64,000 bases of DNA, from positions 201,872,001 through 201,936,000 of the forward strand of contig NC_042997.1 of assembly GCF_006345805.1 (NCBI RefSeq), read 5' to 3'. This DNA is from Octopus sinensis. Its lineage: Eukaryota. Position 1 is the first letter of the stretch; every line of letters begins with the position of its first letter. Made by a program: the position numbers and the translations under genes. The notes under the pieces are model-generated. The model was not told the DNA's origin. It did no database searches and saw nothing but the letters and a program-made list of their open reading frames with translations. This document shows positions 1 through 12,568 of this stretch, one piece after another.

Positions 1-352
1 ATGGTTTTGGGTTCAGTCCCATTGCATGGCACCTTGGGTGTCTTCTTCTATAGCCTCAGGCTGACCAAAGCCTTGTGAATGGATTTGGTAGGCAGAAACT
101 GAGAAAAGCCCATTTTGTGTGTGTCTGTCTGCATGTGTCTTTGTGTCTATGTTTGTCCCTTACTACTGCCTGACAGATGGTGTTGGTGTTTACACCCCCA
201 TGACTTAGTGGTTCAGCGAAAAAGAACCAATAGAAAAATTACCAAGCTTAAGGAAAAAAAATAGAACTGAGCTGAATTCATTTAATTAAAAATTCTTTCA
301 GGTGGTACCCCAGCATGGCCACAGTCTTATGAATGAAACAATTAAAAGATAA
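1..352 (+). mobile_element. tRNA-derived SINE, family A (5' end outside window)
   Basis: Box-B-like GGGTTCAGTCCC, body GGCACCTTGG...TATAGCCTC...CAAAGCCTTGTGA, central (GT)n, tail CAGCATGGCCACAGTC...GAAAC...AAAAGATAA; same body recurs >15 times in the window. Confidence 0.85.
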
Positions 353-429
353 ACTATAAACATATTTCCTGAATAATAGACATATCATTTCATGACATCA
401 GCCACACATGAAATGATAAGCAGTTCATG

Positions 430-836
430 TCTGACATTGCACAGCGTTCTTGGTTTCAGTTATGTATATTTTGTCCATCTTTATGTTCTGAGTTCAAATT
501 CCACCAAGGCTTTCATCCTGTTGAGGGGGTCAATAAATTAACCCTTTCGTTATTGTATTTATTTTGAGATGCTCTGTGTTTCTTTCAATTACTTTAAATA
601 TAACAAAGAATTTAGTAAAATAACTAAGTTATTATTCAGCTAGTGTTAGGAACATAAATTGTGACTAAGGTTTGGTGGAAGATTTTAATTCAAAACTTAT
701 GAAAACAAGACATTTGTACTCAGATCCAGAGTTGGTTTCAGCTGGGTTGGTAACAAAAGTCAAGTACTAGGGTCATTGTAATCGACTAGTCCCCTCTCCC
801 AAAATTTCAGGCCTTGTGCCTTTAGTAGAAAGGATT
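430..836 (+). mobile_element. SINE family B, interrupted by a TTAA MITE
   Basis: TTCTGAGTTCAAATTCC...TTTCATCC...GGGGTCAATAAATTAA, then resumes AAGTACT...AATCGACTAGTCCCCTCTCCCAAAATTTCAGGCCTTGTGCC; matches intact copies at 12200 and 58716. Confidence 0.75.
542..759. mobile_element. piggyBac-type MITE
   Basis: TTAA|CCCTTTCGTTA...GGTAACAAAAG|TCAA; inserted at the TTAA of a SINE B; internal sequence shared with 27887-28105 and 57740-57953. Confidence 0.7.
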
Positions 837-3109
837 TTCAGTTATGTAGAATCAAGTCTTTAAAAAACAACCAAAACATTTTATAAATGCTTTCCAGCAA
901 TTTTCATTTGACGGCATATGAAAGCCTTTGTTTTTTTTTAAAAAAAGGTTCTAAAACAATCATGTTAGGTCCTTAATGTGAAGTTGAGCTTCCTATAAGC
1001 TTTAATGCACCAAAACTTTCTTGTCTGAATATGCACTGTTGAAATTGAGATATATCCATTATGCCTGTGTCATCAGATACAGTACTTTTAATATCCACTA
1101 CTTGTTTCCGACTTTGTTCCTCTTGGCCTACATTCCTAATGTTACTGAACACTCTAGTGTTGGTGCCTCTGAACATGCACTTTTGTAAAAGTGGTTGGCA
1201 ACAGGAAGTGTATCAAGCCATAAAAACCATACCAAATGTCATGGATAAGTACTAATCTTCAGGAGCACTATCTCCTAGTAAGAAATAACTGAAAACATGA
1301 TGACCTCTCCGATTCATGCCAGCAGAGAAAGAGGATTTAAATTGATGAGTAATCAATCAATCAATCATTTTTTCTTTTATCAATATTATGTAGGTTTTAC
1401 AGGAAGGGTGATCTTTTCTTAAAAGCCTTTTTTTTTTAGTTTACTTTTTGCTTGACGGTCATGTAGTTTGCTGTTTAACCAATAAAAACATGAAAAAAAT
1501 TATGTTGAAATGCAATGACAGTGGAGATATCTTGAAAAGGTCGTGTGCACTGTTGCTATTCCCCTCCTCTGATTATCTTATAGGAACATATACTAATAAA
1601 GTAGCAATACTGATGTTGAAGGAAGTAAAAAATGATGACAATAATGATGGTAATGTATCATACATTGATGACCATTGTTAATTTGCTGTCACTATAAATT
1701 ATACATCACATTTATATAGCTGTCTCATTGTCTTCAGTATCATCATCATCTGCAGTGATGTTGTTATACAGACACTGTTTATGGGTGAGGTGGTTTTATA
1801 GTTTATATTTATTAGGATATTAAATTTAATGTTTAGATATATTGTTTCAAAGTATTCATATCTGTTCATCTTGTATTTAACTTACGTAACCTGTATCAAG
1901 TTTATACATTATTTTTATATCTTTATATTTTTGCATCTTGTAAGAATAATTCTCGAGAAAGTGCTGAGGCAAACAAATTAAAAAGTATTAAAATTTTTGT
2001 ATTTCAATTAACTTTACTCCCAATATATAGTTTCTTAGGTGGTGGGCGAGCAGGGCTTACATATAAATGTTAGCTTTGCTACTTTTCGAAACGATGCTCT
2101 TTTTCTTAATATATGTATATCGATTCTGCTTAATTGACTTAATTATGAATTCTTCCTGTTGTGGCTTCTTATCAATTCCTCATGCTAATGAGGTACAAAA
2201 CAAATTTTATATTCTTTATGAAATTTATATTTTGTTTTCACCCATTTTCCCGCCTCTGTTTTTTTTTTTGTTTAAAGATGTTGTTATAGAAAAGGCAGAT
2301 ACTTCAGCATAGAATTAATTGAAACAGTCAAAGGATTCTCCGACTATATTAAAGATACAGCTGTGAGGTAGAATTTATCTTAATCAAATACACGTGTAAT
2401 TTCTGACATCGTATTTGTTTGTTAAAAAAGCACTGTATTGATTGGTAAATGCACTAAGCATCAATTTCAGTGTTTATCCTTGTAATCACGGCTTTCATAC
2501 TTTCCTCCATGCATTTATTTTAATATTTTGTTTTTATACAATTAAAAATTATCTGCTTACTTCAAAAACATCCGAAGTTTTAAAGTTAGTGTGTAAATGT
2601 TGTCGTTTTATATTAGTTATTCCCAATTTAATTGCATAGAATATTGTAGAATACAACTTTATATATATAAAATAGATTTAGGTCATGCAGGACTCCTCTG
2701 TTGTCTGTGTTGAATGACACTGAAATGGTCATATGATCATAAATACAGACAGTTTCTTTGTTGATTAGACTCATTAGATAGTAAATGGAACACAAGGAAC
2801 TGCAGTAGAAACTTTTCAGCATATACATAGAGGTCCATATTTATTCTATTGCTTACTAGACTGATATGAGATGGTCAGTTAAACTTCTAACATCCTTTTG
2901 ATAATTAAGCTGAAAGACCAGTAAAGACCAAGAATTAAATGATTCCATTGCGGAACAAACGATCTACTGAGGAAGTAATTAGTTCCTCACTTCCTTCAAA
3001 ATGAATGTAAACAAGGTTAGTACAATTTTTGTGATATCATGTGTTTTAGGACTGGCTGAACTGCTGCTATCCTGTGTTGTACTGTAGTACTCACTATGGC
3101 CATGTTGTT

Positions 3110-3290
3110 TATGTTGTTGTTTAACCACAGGTCAGTCCTGATCAAGTAGATCTATGATCAAAGGCATTACATCCATAATCATCTTTCAGTATAAAATAGT
3201 AGGGTGTGGTATGATCTGAGGAAAATTCGGCTGCTACTTCTAGCTGATTGAGCAACTGTATAAAAGCTTTCTCATTCCTGTTTTATTGTA
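3110..3290 (-). repeat. Dispersed repeat with (AAC)n tail (probable retroposon 3' end)
   Basis: GTTGTTGTTTAACC.CAGGTCAG...TATGATCAAAGGCATT...GGCTGCTA.TTCTAG; related copies at 13700, 35900, 40880, 42800 and 56680. Confidence 0.6.
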
Positions 3291-3889
3291 GGCGTACACA
3301 CTGTCAGAGAATATAAATCTTAAAACATGTTGTCACCATTGTAAAGAGCAAATGTTTATTGAGAGAGAGATTCAGGACTGTATAGATCTCTCAATAACTT
3401 GTTGAATGCAGAAGGAAAAAAAGTAATAGATAAAATATATAAAGAAAATTAAAGAAGAAAAAAATCCTTGAGGAAAATTAAGAATGCTTCATAAATTTCT
3501 GTATGCATCACAAGCTTCCTTCATTCCTCCATCCTCATCCAAGATATATGTATGTCACAGTTTTTTATCATATTTATTTGATTGATTGCTTAAGTATTCA
3601 CTTGTAGTATTTCAGAAACTGCTGAAGCTAGGAAGTTTGAAAATCTTCTTCATCAATAATTACTACACAAAAATCTTGGAAAATTGCATTTTTGTGTGTA
3701 TGCATGTGTGTGTGTGCACACGTGCATGCATGGGCATGCTTGCAAGTGTGTATGTGTACATGTGTTGAAATTTTGTTGTTGTTTGAAAGCTTATTATTTT
3801 TAGATTATACATATCAGTTGGTTTCAGTCAGCATATCAGCAACCTGTGGCTTGTTTAAACAAATTTATGATCATTTTACATGAACAACA

Positions 3890-4305
3890 GGTGCAGGCAT
3901 GGCTGTATTGTTAAGAAGCTCACTTTGCGATTACATACTTTCCGGTTCGGTCCAATTGCACAGTTCCTTGGAGAAGTGTCTTCTACAACAGCCACAAGTC
4001 AACCAATGCCTTGTGAGGGAATTTGATAGATGGAATCTGTGCGGAAGCCTGACATGTCTGTGTATCTGTCTTTGTGTCTATCTTCGTGTTTATATTTATC
4101 CCCCTCCCCCCCTCAACTGTTTTCACAACTGGTATTTGTTCATTCTCCCCCCTGCCCCCATAGTTTTGTGGTTTGGTAAAAGTGGCTGATAGAATAAAGT
4201 CCCAAACTTTAGAAAATGTACTGGGGCTCATTTGTTTGACTAAAACCTTCAGGGTTGTGCCCCAGCAAGGCCACATTGCTATAACTAAAAGAAGTAAAAG
4301 ATAAA
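3890..4305 (+). mobile_element. SINE family A, older diverged copy
   Basis: GGTGCAGGCATGGCTGT head, family A body and AAAAGATAAA tail. Confidence 0.75.
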
Positions 4306-4603
4306 TTTTTTTTTTAAATGCTCTGAAAAAAAAACATTCATCATAACACATCATCATCAACTACTTGATGCAACTATTTGTTTTAAACAAAAAGACATTA
4401 ATAGTTATTATTGCAAAATTGTTTTAACATCCACTTTTCCGTGCTTGCAAAGGTCGAGTGGAGTTTATTGAGACAGATTTTCTACAGCTGGAGGCTTTCC
4501 TGTCACCAACCCTCACCTGTTTCCAAGCAACATAATACTTCCTCATGGCCAGACATGGTTCCGCACGATATTGGAAATGAATGACATTGCTTATATGATA
4601 ATG

Positions 4604-5006
4604 GAGTGACTGTGGAATGAGTAGCTTGCTTACCAACCACATAGTACCAGGTTCAGTCCCACTGTGTGGCACCTTGAGCAAGTGTCTTCTACTATAGCCC
4701 CAGGCTGACCAAAGCCTTGTCAGTGATTTGGTAGAGAGAAACTGAAAGAAGTCTGTCATATATGTGTGTGTGTGTGTATGTATGTATGTGTGTATGTATG
4801 TATATGTTTGTGTGTCTGTTTGTTCCCCCCAACATTGCTTGACAACCGATGCTGGTGTGTTTACATCCCCATAACTTAGCGGTTCAGCAAAAGAGGCCAA
4901 TAGAATAAGTACTAAACTTAAAAAGAATAAGTGCTGGGGTCGATTTGCTCGACTAAAGGTGGTGCTTCAGCATGGCCACAGTCAAATGACTGAAACAAAT
5001 GAAAGA
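4604..5006 (+). mobile_element. SINE family A
   Basis: Full head-body-(GT/AT)n-tail structure; a partial inverted copy follows at 5085-5238. Confidence 0.85.
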
Positions 5007-5846
5007 ATTGCGACTATCACACGATGTCAAGACAAGGGTACGCAAACATATACTTGCACTCGCATGTGCACACACACAAACACACATGATGGGATTCTTT
5101 CAGTTTCTATCCACCAAGTCCACTCACAAGGTTTTAGTCTGTCTGTGACGGCTTTAGTAGAAGATAATTACATATATTGCTATACATGTAGTAGGACTGA
5201 ACCTGAAGCCACGTAGTTGGGAAGCAAACGTCCTAACCACACATCCACATCTCTGCCTAGTGCAAAATATATTCAGATAATTACCACATTTATGTGAAAT
5301 ATGTCAGTAAATTTTCATGTCACTTTTCAGTTTCATTGGCTTAAATATTGACAAGCTATGTAAAGAAAGGAAGTGAGGGGTTTACATTATATATAGACTG
5401 TCTTACAGGTTTCTTATCTATATGACATATATAAATTGAAGATTAGTAACATTTACTAAATTTGTCATCTATTAATTACACAGACATCAAAACATACATT
5501 CAGAAATGATAATCACTTGTCAAAACATAAGAAATATCATCATTATTTAAGAGCAATCTATCAAGCTTTCAATGGCTGGACAGTTTGACAGGATCTAATG
5601 AGCAGGAATACTGCATCGTGTTCCAGTGTCTGCTTTCTAAGGCTGGTTGCTCTTCCTAACATCAAACACTGAGTGTTGTTAGAAAGAGCAACCATGCTAG
5701 GTGTTGAAAGGCTAACCTTTGAAATAATAACAATAATTCTATATACGATAATTCGAACTCATTAGTATTTCTATCTCAAATGCACAATTTCAGCAAATTA
5801 CTTTCATACAATTGTCAGATTTTAGTGTGTTTGTACACATTACAGA

Positions 5847-6127
5847 ATCATCATCATCATCATCGTTTAGCATCCGCTTTCCATGCTAGCATGGGTTGGA
5901 TGGTTCAACTGGGGTCTGTGAAGCCTGAAGGCTGCATCAGGCCCAGTCTGATCTGGCAGTGTTTCTACGGCTGGATGCCCTTCCTAACGCCAACCACTCC
6001 ATGAGTGTAGTGGGTGCTTTTTATGTGCCACCCGCACAGGTGCCAGACAGAGCTGGCAAATGGCCACGAACGGATGGTGCTTTTTACGTGCCACCGGCAC
6101 GGAGGCCAGTCGGGGCGGCGCTGGCAG
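5847..6127 (-). mobile_element. Solo 3' end of the RTE LINE
   Basis: (CAT)n tail then CGTTTAGCATCCGCTTTCCATGCTAGCATGGGTTGG...CTGGATGCCCTTCCTAACGCCAACCACTCC; near-identical to the 3' UTR of the coding RTE at 32510-35880. Confidence 0.9.
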
Positions 6128-6250
6128 AATATACATGTAAATGTGTAGTATATGAATGTGTTTTTGTATATACACATACATTATACATACATCTAACTCA
6201 ATAACATCTTAGTTAAACTGAATTCAAATTCGGCTACACGATGATACCAT

Positions 6251-6438
6251 CATGCCATTCCTAGCTAACCATATCTTACTACTACATAACAGATTCTGCT
6301 CACCAAATACAGCTGCTGTAATTACATAGAAAACGGTTCTCCAACTCTGCAATAGCCATTCCTGGTTATTACTTAAATAATTAAGCTTCTGTTCACCAAA
6401 GATAGTTGTCTCAGTGACATAGAAAACAGTCTCCAATT
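6251..6438. repeat. Degenerate ~95-bp tandem duplication
   Basis: GCCATTCCT...TTCTG(C/T)TCACCAAA...ACATAGAAAAC.G.TCTCCAA present twice. Confidence 0.6.
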
Positions 6439-6724
6439 TGGCATATTATTGAAATAAATGCATACACACACTGACTACATTTTACAAAAATATATATGTG
6501 CCGCTGCATGGCCACAGCTCGTGAGCGGAAACTAGATAAAATAAAAAATAAATAAAATAAAATAACATTTTCAGAGTTCGTTGAGATTGATATTTTTTTT
6601 TTTTAATGAGTTAAGTTCAGTCCATTTTCTTTAGCAATTAGGGGTCCTTATTAATCAAGGTTGGCTATACAGCTGCAAATGTACAGGTGTGTGTGTGTGT
6701 ATAGATGCATGGACAAGATAATTC

Positions 6725-7129
6725 AGATCTTTTCGTTTTGAATGGCAGTTTTTTCTAGTGGTGTCATATGAAATTGTCATCCATAATTATGACCCTAGAA
6801 TCGATCTATTGCATTTCAATCTCTTTTAGGGTTAGGGGTGGGGTATCTTTTTTTCTTCACAAATGTAAATAAACCCGATCTGTTTTTTAAATGACGGATA
6901 TATTCATACGGCACAGAATGCTTTTTAACTCAATAGACGTCAGTGATTGGTTGAAATTGCAGAAATTGAAAAAAAAAAAACAGCAAATATCTTACAAACT
7001 ATAGAATTTTCTCAATAAAGCCAAGAGAAAAAGATGTTTTATAAACACATTCTACCAGTATACGAAGTTTAAAATTTTTTAGTTACCTAGAAATTATGTT
7101 AAAAACTGCCGTTCAAACCGCAAAGATCC
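6725..7129. mobile_element. hAT-type MITE (405 bp)
   Basis: TIRs AGATCTTTTCGTTTTGAATGGCAGTTTTT / AAAAACTGCCGTTCAAACCGCAAAGATCC; 8-bp TSD GATAATTC (6717-6724) / GATGATTC (7130-7137). Confidence 0.8.
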
Positions 7130-7197
7130 GATGATTCTTATGGAAGACTTAACCAAACACACGAAACTTCCTCTCTCCAAGCCATCAATGTTTATCC

Positions 7198-7456
7198 CAG
7201 AGTCATGAAGTTGGAGTCAGAAACAATTAAGTCAGAATCAGTCTGCAAAACTATACCGACTTTGACTCCAACTCACAATATCTTTATTCTTTAATATAAA
7301 CCAGTTATAAGATACAGGCCTACTCATAGTACAAGCATATGCATAGGCTTTATGAGATATGTAGACCACAATCACTTTATTACATAAATAAGAGTCGGGG
7401 GTGCCAATAGTAGAGGAGTCAGAGTCAAAGATTTTTGCTTTGACTCCACAGTCCTG
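7198..7456. mobile_element. hAT-type MITE with GGAGTC subterminal repeats
   Basis: CAGAGTCATGAAGTTGGAGTC...GACTCCACAGTCCTG ends; 8-bp TSD GTTTATCC (7190-7197) / GTTTATCT (7457-7464). Confidence 0.7.
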
Positions 7457-7887
7457 GTTTATCTAAAGAGAAAGCCACTGAGCTGGGTCAGTACAGCTTG
7501 GTATAAAGGTCATTATAGGTGTTGTTATCAGAATGCAAAGTGATAGAAAGCATTTTGCCTGACCTTCTAAATCAGCAGTTCTCAGTTGTGGCTCTCAGGA
7601 CAGCATGTAGCCCTCAGCAGTCTTCCCTCTATAAATATAATAAATTTTACTTTTTTCAGTGTGGACCTCTAAAACCATCCAGGTTTAGATCTGGCCTGGA
7701 TATTATAAACTTCAAGAACCAGTGCTGTAAGTTCTGCCACATGAGCATCCCAGATATGTATTTTTTTTATTACCATCAAAATGATGGAAGGTAAAATTGA
7801 CCTAGGCAGGAATTGAACTCAGAGCACAAAGTGTTGGAACGAATACTATATTTGTTGGCATGTAAGATGCACTTTTATTCCCCAAAT

Positions 7888-8160
7888 ATCATCATCATCA
7901 TCGTTTAGCATCTACTTTCCATGCTAGCATGGGTTGGACGGTTCAACTGGGGTCTGGGAAGCCAGAAGGCTGCACCAGGCCCAGTCTGATCTGGCAGAGT
8001 TTCTACGGTTGGATGCCCTTCCTAACGCCAACCACTCCGTGAGTGTAGTGGGTGCTTTTTACGTGCCACCAGCACAGGTGCCAGACGAGGCTGGCAAACG
8101 GCCACGATTGGATGGTGCTTTTTACATGCCACCGGCACGGGGGCCAGGCAAGGCTGGCAA
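7888..8160 (-). mobile_element. Solo 3' end of the RTE LINE
   Basis: (CAT)n tail plus RTE 3' UTR with two GCCAG-N6-CTGGC units. Confidence 0.9.
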
Positions 8161-9028
8161 ATATGTGCCAAAAAAATCACCCTGGGTCCTATATGTGAAG
8201 TTTGGCCTCCCTTAAACTTTAATATATGCTAAAACTTTTTTTACCGAATATATGAAGCTGAAATTGGAATGAATCTAATCTACCTGTGCGTCATTTATGC
8301 CATTAAATATGGCTCTGCAAGGTATTCTATTCAACACACTAACTATGCTGCCACTTCATTGCCTTAATTTTAAATAACTAACCAAATATTTATGTGTCTA
8401 CATTTCATGTAACAGTTTGAAAGGAACAATTCCTCACAAAGAGGAACATGAAAGGAAAAAATTCTCCTGAAACCTTAGAAAACTGGCAAATATTCATTTC
8501 CACTGTAAAGAAAAAGAAATTATCAAATATAATTGGTTGACCAGTTGGATCAATGGATCCCTGTGAAGCTAACAAGGCTATTGTTCACAAAAGGCATGCA
8601 TTATATAAAAACACATATCTATAAACACTGACATAGAAGCATTGATTTCAATAATGGACATGTTAGATTCCATTACAGTTACATCTTCAAACAATATCTA
8701 CAAATCAACATCAAACATTGTTTTGTTTATTTCAATAAATAGGCTAATTATGAAAGTAGTGTTTGTTGAGAGATTCCGACAACACCCCACCCACCCTATA
8801 TGTGAAGCAGAACAGATGTAATGATAGTGTTGCACTGCCAATCACACGTTTCCAAGTTCAAATTGCATTTACAGCCATTGTAGTACATCCCTCTACTTGG
8901 CCCAGTTTACATGGTTGTCTGTAAAACCTGTTTCTGTTGTACTTCACAGTAAATTACAGAGCTTGACAGTTAAAAACTGACTACTCTGAAATACAATTCT
9001 ATATTTGTGATATGAGGAATTTATATTA

Positions 9029-9370
9029 TCTCTATATATATAAACGCCAAAATGTATGTCTGTGTGCGTGTCCTTTATACAAATCCACAATTTTTCAGTT
9101 AGAGGGCTCGCACTTTCTATGGTCATTCAAAACCGTCCAAGGATGGTTGTGCACATCTTTACATTTTCCCAGTCACCCCGCAAAACCATTAAAAAAATCA
9201 ATAGAAGTGACTTTTTTTGTGAATTTTCTATCCAAAACCCAATCAAATTGCCCGAAACTTGATACGCCAATTGAATGCCAGCTAGCTGTATGTGATTGGT
9301 TGGAGGTTTGGATAGTACTCACGTGTATGAGTGCATGCACGCAGCTGTATATGCATGCACTAGCACTATT
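9029..9370 (+). mobile_element. Non-autonomous Helitron family H1, 3'-truncated
   Basis: A|TCTCTATATATATAAAC 5' end; colinear with the reverse complement of 29367-29768; similarity stops at CTAGCACTAT, at the start of the terminal hairpin. Confidence 0.8.
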
Positions 9371-9440
9371 TACATTAGTCAGGCTGGTGTCTCCATCTTG
9401 ATTGTTGCTGCCACTATGTTTCAACAACTGAGTTTAACAC

Positions 9441-9487
9441 AAGACACCTGAAGACGGCTGGAGCATACAACAGCCAAAACATAGTGA
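9441..9487 (+). ncRNA. Degenerate minimal hammerhead-like motif in a PLE-type repeat
   Basis: AAGACAC-CTGAAGA-C-GGCTG-N10-CAGCC-AAAA-CATA-GTG; GAAA reads AAAA and ACGT reads ACAT, both CpG-type changes, so likely inactive. Confidence 0.55.
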
Positions 9488-9957
9488 AAGCAACAGTGAA
9501 GATGAAGATATCAGTCCAACTAATATGAATGGTATACATAATATACTACGTAATAATATTATTACACAGTAAAAATTTCTGAGTCAAATACTAGTCACAT
9601 GTCAAGGGTTTTTTTCTTTTCCATTTTTTTTTTAGCTTTTAATTAATTATGACTAATCAATTTGTCATTGAAAAGTGGAGTCAGGTGGGGACGGACGAAT
9701 CGTAATTCTTAATGAAGTTAAGATGGTGTTAAATTATTTAAAAATTGTCAAACACCATGATGAAGAAGGAAAAATTAATGTGGATGCCACCTCTATTTTG
9801 TCTTCACCTTCTCGTGAATAAAGAGAGGTTGGGGACTAAATTTCTTTTATGAAATATTTATTTTTAGGGTAGGATACAGATGTTTGTCACTTTGACAACC
9901 ACTTCATTAATAGAGAAATCTTATTTCATGGCAATTAGTATTTCAAATTTCCATTGC

Positions 9958-9985
9958 ACTCTCTCTCTCTCTCCCCCTCTTTCTC

Positions 9986-10040
<55 letters not shown>

Positions 10041-10069
10041 AACTTTCTCTATCTCTCTCTCTCTTTCTA

Positions 10070-10114
<45 letters not shown>

Positions 10115-10115
10115 A
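9958..10115. repeat. (CT)n microsatellite
   Basis: Interrupted CT dinucleotide tract; source of the S/L-rich ORFs. Confidence 0.95.
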
Positions 10116-10214
10116 CTTGTTGCTGCTTCCTTTTACCTTTTTCCAAGTATTGCATGCAATAAGCTCTTTCTCTTCTTCCTTCTCTTCCTGCCCATCATTT
10201 ATTAATATTAAGGT

Positions 10215-10875
10215 GGCTGAGTTGTTACTGCGCTGGACAAGATGCTTACCAGCATCTATTCTGGTTCTTCTGAGCTGAGGTTGACTTTGCCTTTTTTTTT
10301 CCTTTCAGGGTCAATAAAATAACTACCAGTCAAGCATCGGGGTTGATGTAATTGACTTACCCCCTCCCCCAAAATTTCAGGCCTTGTGCCTATAGTAGAA
10401 AGGATTATTTTTTTTAGTTATTATTATTAAGATGATGAAGACAGTGAACAGGCAGAATCGTTAGCACATCAGGTCAAATGCTTAACAGCATTTCGTCTAC
10501 CGTTACGTTCTGAGTTCAAATTCTGACTAGGTAAACTTTGCCTTTCATCCTTTTGGGGTCGATAAATTAAGTACCACTGAAACACTGGGAGGGTCTGTGT
10601 AATTGACTAGTCCCACTCCCCCAAAATTTCAGGTCTTTGTGCCTATATTTGAAAGGATTATTAAGGTGAGCTGGCAAAATCCATAGCATTCCAAACAAAA
10701 TACTTAGCAACATTTTTACCGGCTTTACATTTTGAACTCAAAGCTCATATTCTGATAAAGTTGACTTCACCTTTCATCTGTTTGGGGTCAACAAAATAAG
10801 TACCAGTTCTGCAATGGGGTCAATTATAATCAACCAGCATCCCTTCCCATCAGATTTAAGGTCTTCTGCCTATAG
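10215..10875 (+). mobile_element. Head-to-tail cluster of three SINE B copies
   Basis: Three successive AAGGT...CTG.CAGAA head / CTTTCATC...GGGGTC / AAAATTTCAGG...TGTGCCTATA...AAGGATTA(TT) units. Confidence 0.75.
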
Positions 10876-11366
10876 CAGAAAGGATTACTGTTATAATGTT
10901 AATTTTTTTTTTCTAAGAAAAATAACATTTTAATACATTTTAGCTCAATTAAACACAAACTGACTCATTACCAAAATATTAATGAAATTTGTCCTTTTTC
11001 CCATCGTCATTATCATCATCCTTTAACATCCATTGTCCATGCTGGCATGGGTTGGATGCTTTAACCAGAGCTGATAAGCTGGAAGGCTGCACCAGACACC
11101 AGTCTGATTTGGCATGGTTTACTATGGCTGGATGCCATTCCTAATGCCAACTACTCCAAGAGTGTAATGGGTGCTTTTACATGCCACTGGCATGGGTACT
11201 ATTTGTGTGACACCTTTATCTGCCAGAGCCGTGATTTTGCTCGGTTTGATGAGTCTTCTCAAGCATGACATGATGCCAAAGGTCTCAGTCATTGCCTCTG
11301 TAAGGCCCCTCTCTTTATTAATGAAAAGATAGATTTTTGTGCCCATAAAATTCTTTTCTCACCATT

Positions 11367-11766
11367 GGCGCAGGCATGATTGTGTGATAAGAACCTGGAA
11401 CTACATGGTTCCAGGTTCAGTCCCACTGCATGGAGCCTTGGGCAAGTGTCTTCTAATATAGCCTTGGCCTGACCAAAGACTTGTGAATGGATTTGATAGA
11501 TGGAAACTGAAAGAAGCCTGTCATATATATGTATGTGTCTGTGTGTGTCTTTGTATCTATGTTTGTCTCCTACCACCGTTTGATAACCAGTGTTGATGTG
11601 CTCACATCTCCATAACTTAGAGATTCATCAAAAGGTATTTGATAGAATAAGTACCAGGTTTTAGAAAAAGATGTATTGGGGCTAAATCATTCGACTAAAA
11701 TTCTCCAAAGCAGTGCTCCAGCATGACCGCAGTCTAATGACTGAAGCAAGCAAAAGATAAAAGATA
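11367..11766 (+). mobile_element. SINE family A
   Basis: GGCGCAGGCATG head to AAAAGATAAAAGATAA tail. Confidence 0.85.
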
Positions 11767-12199
11767 ATGTTGGATAGACTTAGCCCTTTCATTACCATAT
11801 TTCTGTTGAAATACTCTTATCTTAATTAATTATGAAATTAATGAAGAATTTAGTAATATAACTTTATCACTTGTAAATTGGTGTCTGGAACTCAAATTAA
11901 CACGAAATTTTGATGAAGTGTTTTAATTTAGATCATTTGAAAGCAGGAAGCTTTTATCACAGAACCAAGTTTGGTCTTAATTTTATTATACATGGCAATT
12001 TGTCCCCTTTTACGGTCTTCGCAGCTTCACCACCATCACCACCACCATGGAGAACTCTGTTGTAGCAGATCAAACCAGTTCTGCATATCAGTCTTAAAAA
12101 ACGTTATATTTGCAATTGTATAGTGATAGTTTTGCAGTTTGGTTGTTCTCAGGGTATCTGTCTCTTCTGTCTGTTTTATGTCAAACTAGTCACGTCTTA

Positions 12200-12415
12200 A
12201 AGGTGGCGAGCTGGCAGAAACGTTAGCACGCTGGGTGAAATACTTAGCGGTATTTCATCTGTTTTTATGTTCTGAGATCAAATTCCTCTGAGGTCAGTTT
12301 TGCCTTTCATCCTTTCGGGGTCAATAGATTAAGTACCAGTTGCATACTGGGGTCAAACTAATCGACTAGTCCCCTTCCCAAAAACTTCGAGTCTTGTGCC
12401 TAGAGTAAAAAAAAT
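12200..12415 (+). mobile_element. SINE family B, well preserved
   Basis: AAGGTGGCGAGCTGGCAGAAACGTTAGCACG tRNA-like head; GCCTTTCATCCTTTCGGGGTC core; TGTGCCTAGAGTAAAA tail. Confidence 0.85.
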
Positions 12416-12472
12416 TAGTCATATTTATTTTTAAAAAAATTAGTCATATTTATTTATAATGTGTCTATCATA

Positions 12473-12568
12473 CAGTTCTATATTTAAGAGATGAGGAATT
12501 ATGTACATTATTTACATTATTTACATTTGACGGACAAATATCCATCAAATGTAAATAATGTAAATAAC
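12473..12568. mobile_element. Miniature fold-back PLE-end insertion with 12-bp TSD
   Basis: Perfect TSD GTGTCTATCATA at 12461-12472 and 12569-12580; 27-bp arms (12508-12534 / 12541-12567, 26/27 match); sequence matches the end of the PLE repeat at 24961-25110. Confidence 0.8.

Noticed and set aside
973-1255. Overlapping 64-67 aa ORFs in unique sequence
   Set aside because: No recognisable domain; in-frame stops lie between the candidate acceptor and the ORF.
6824-6842. TTAGGGTTAGGGG telomere-like motif
   Set aside because: Only two units, inside a MITE.
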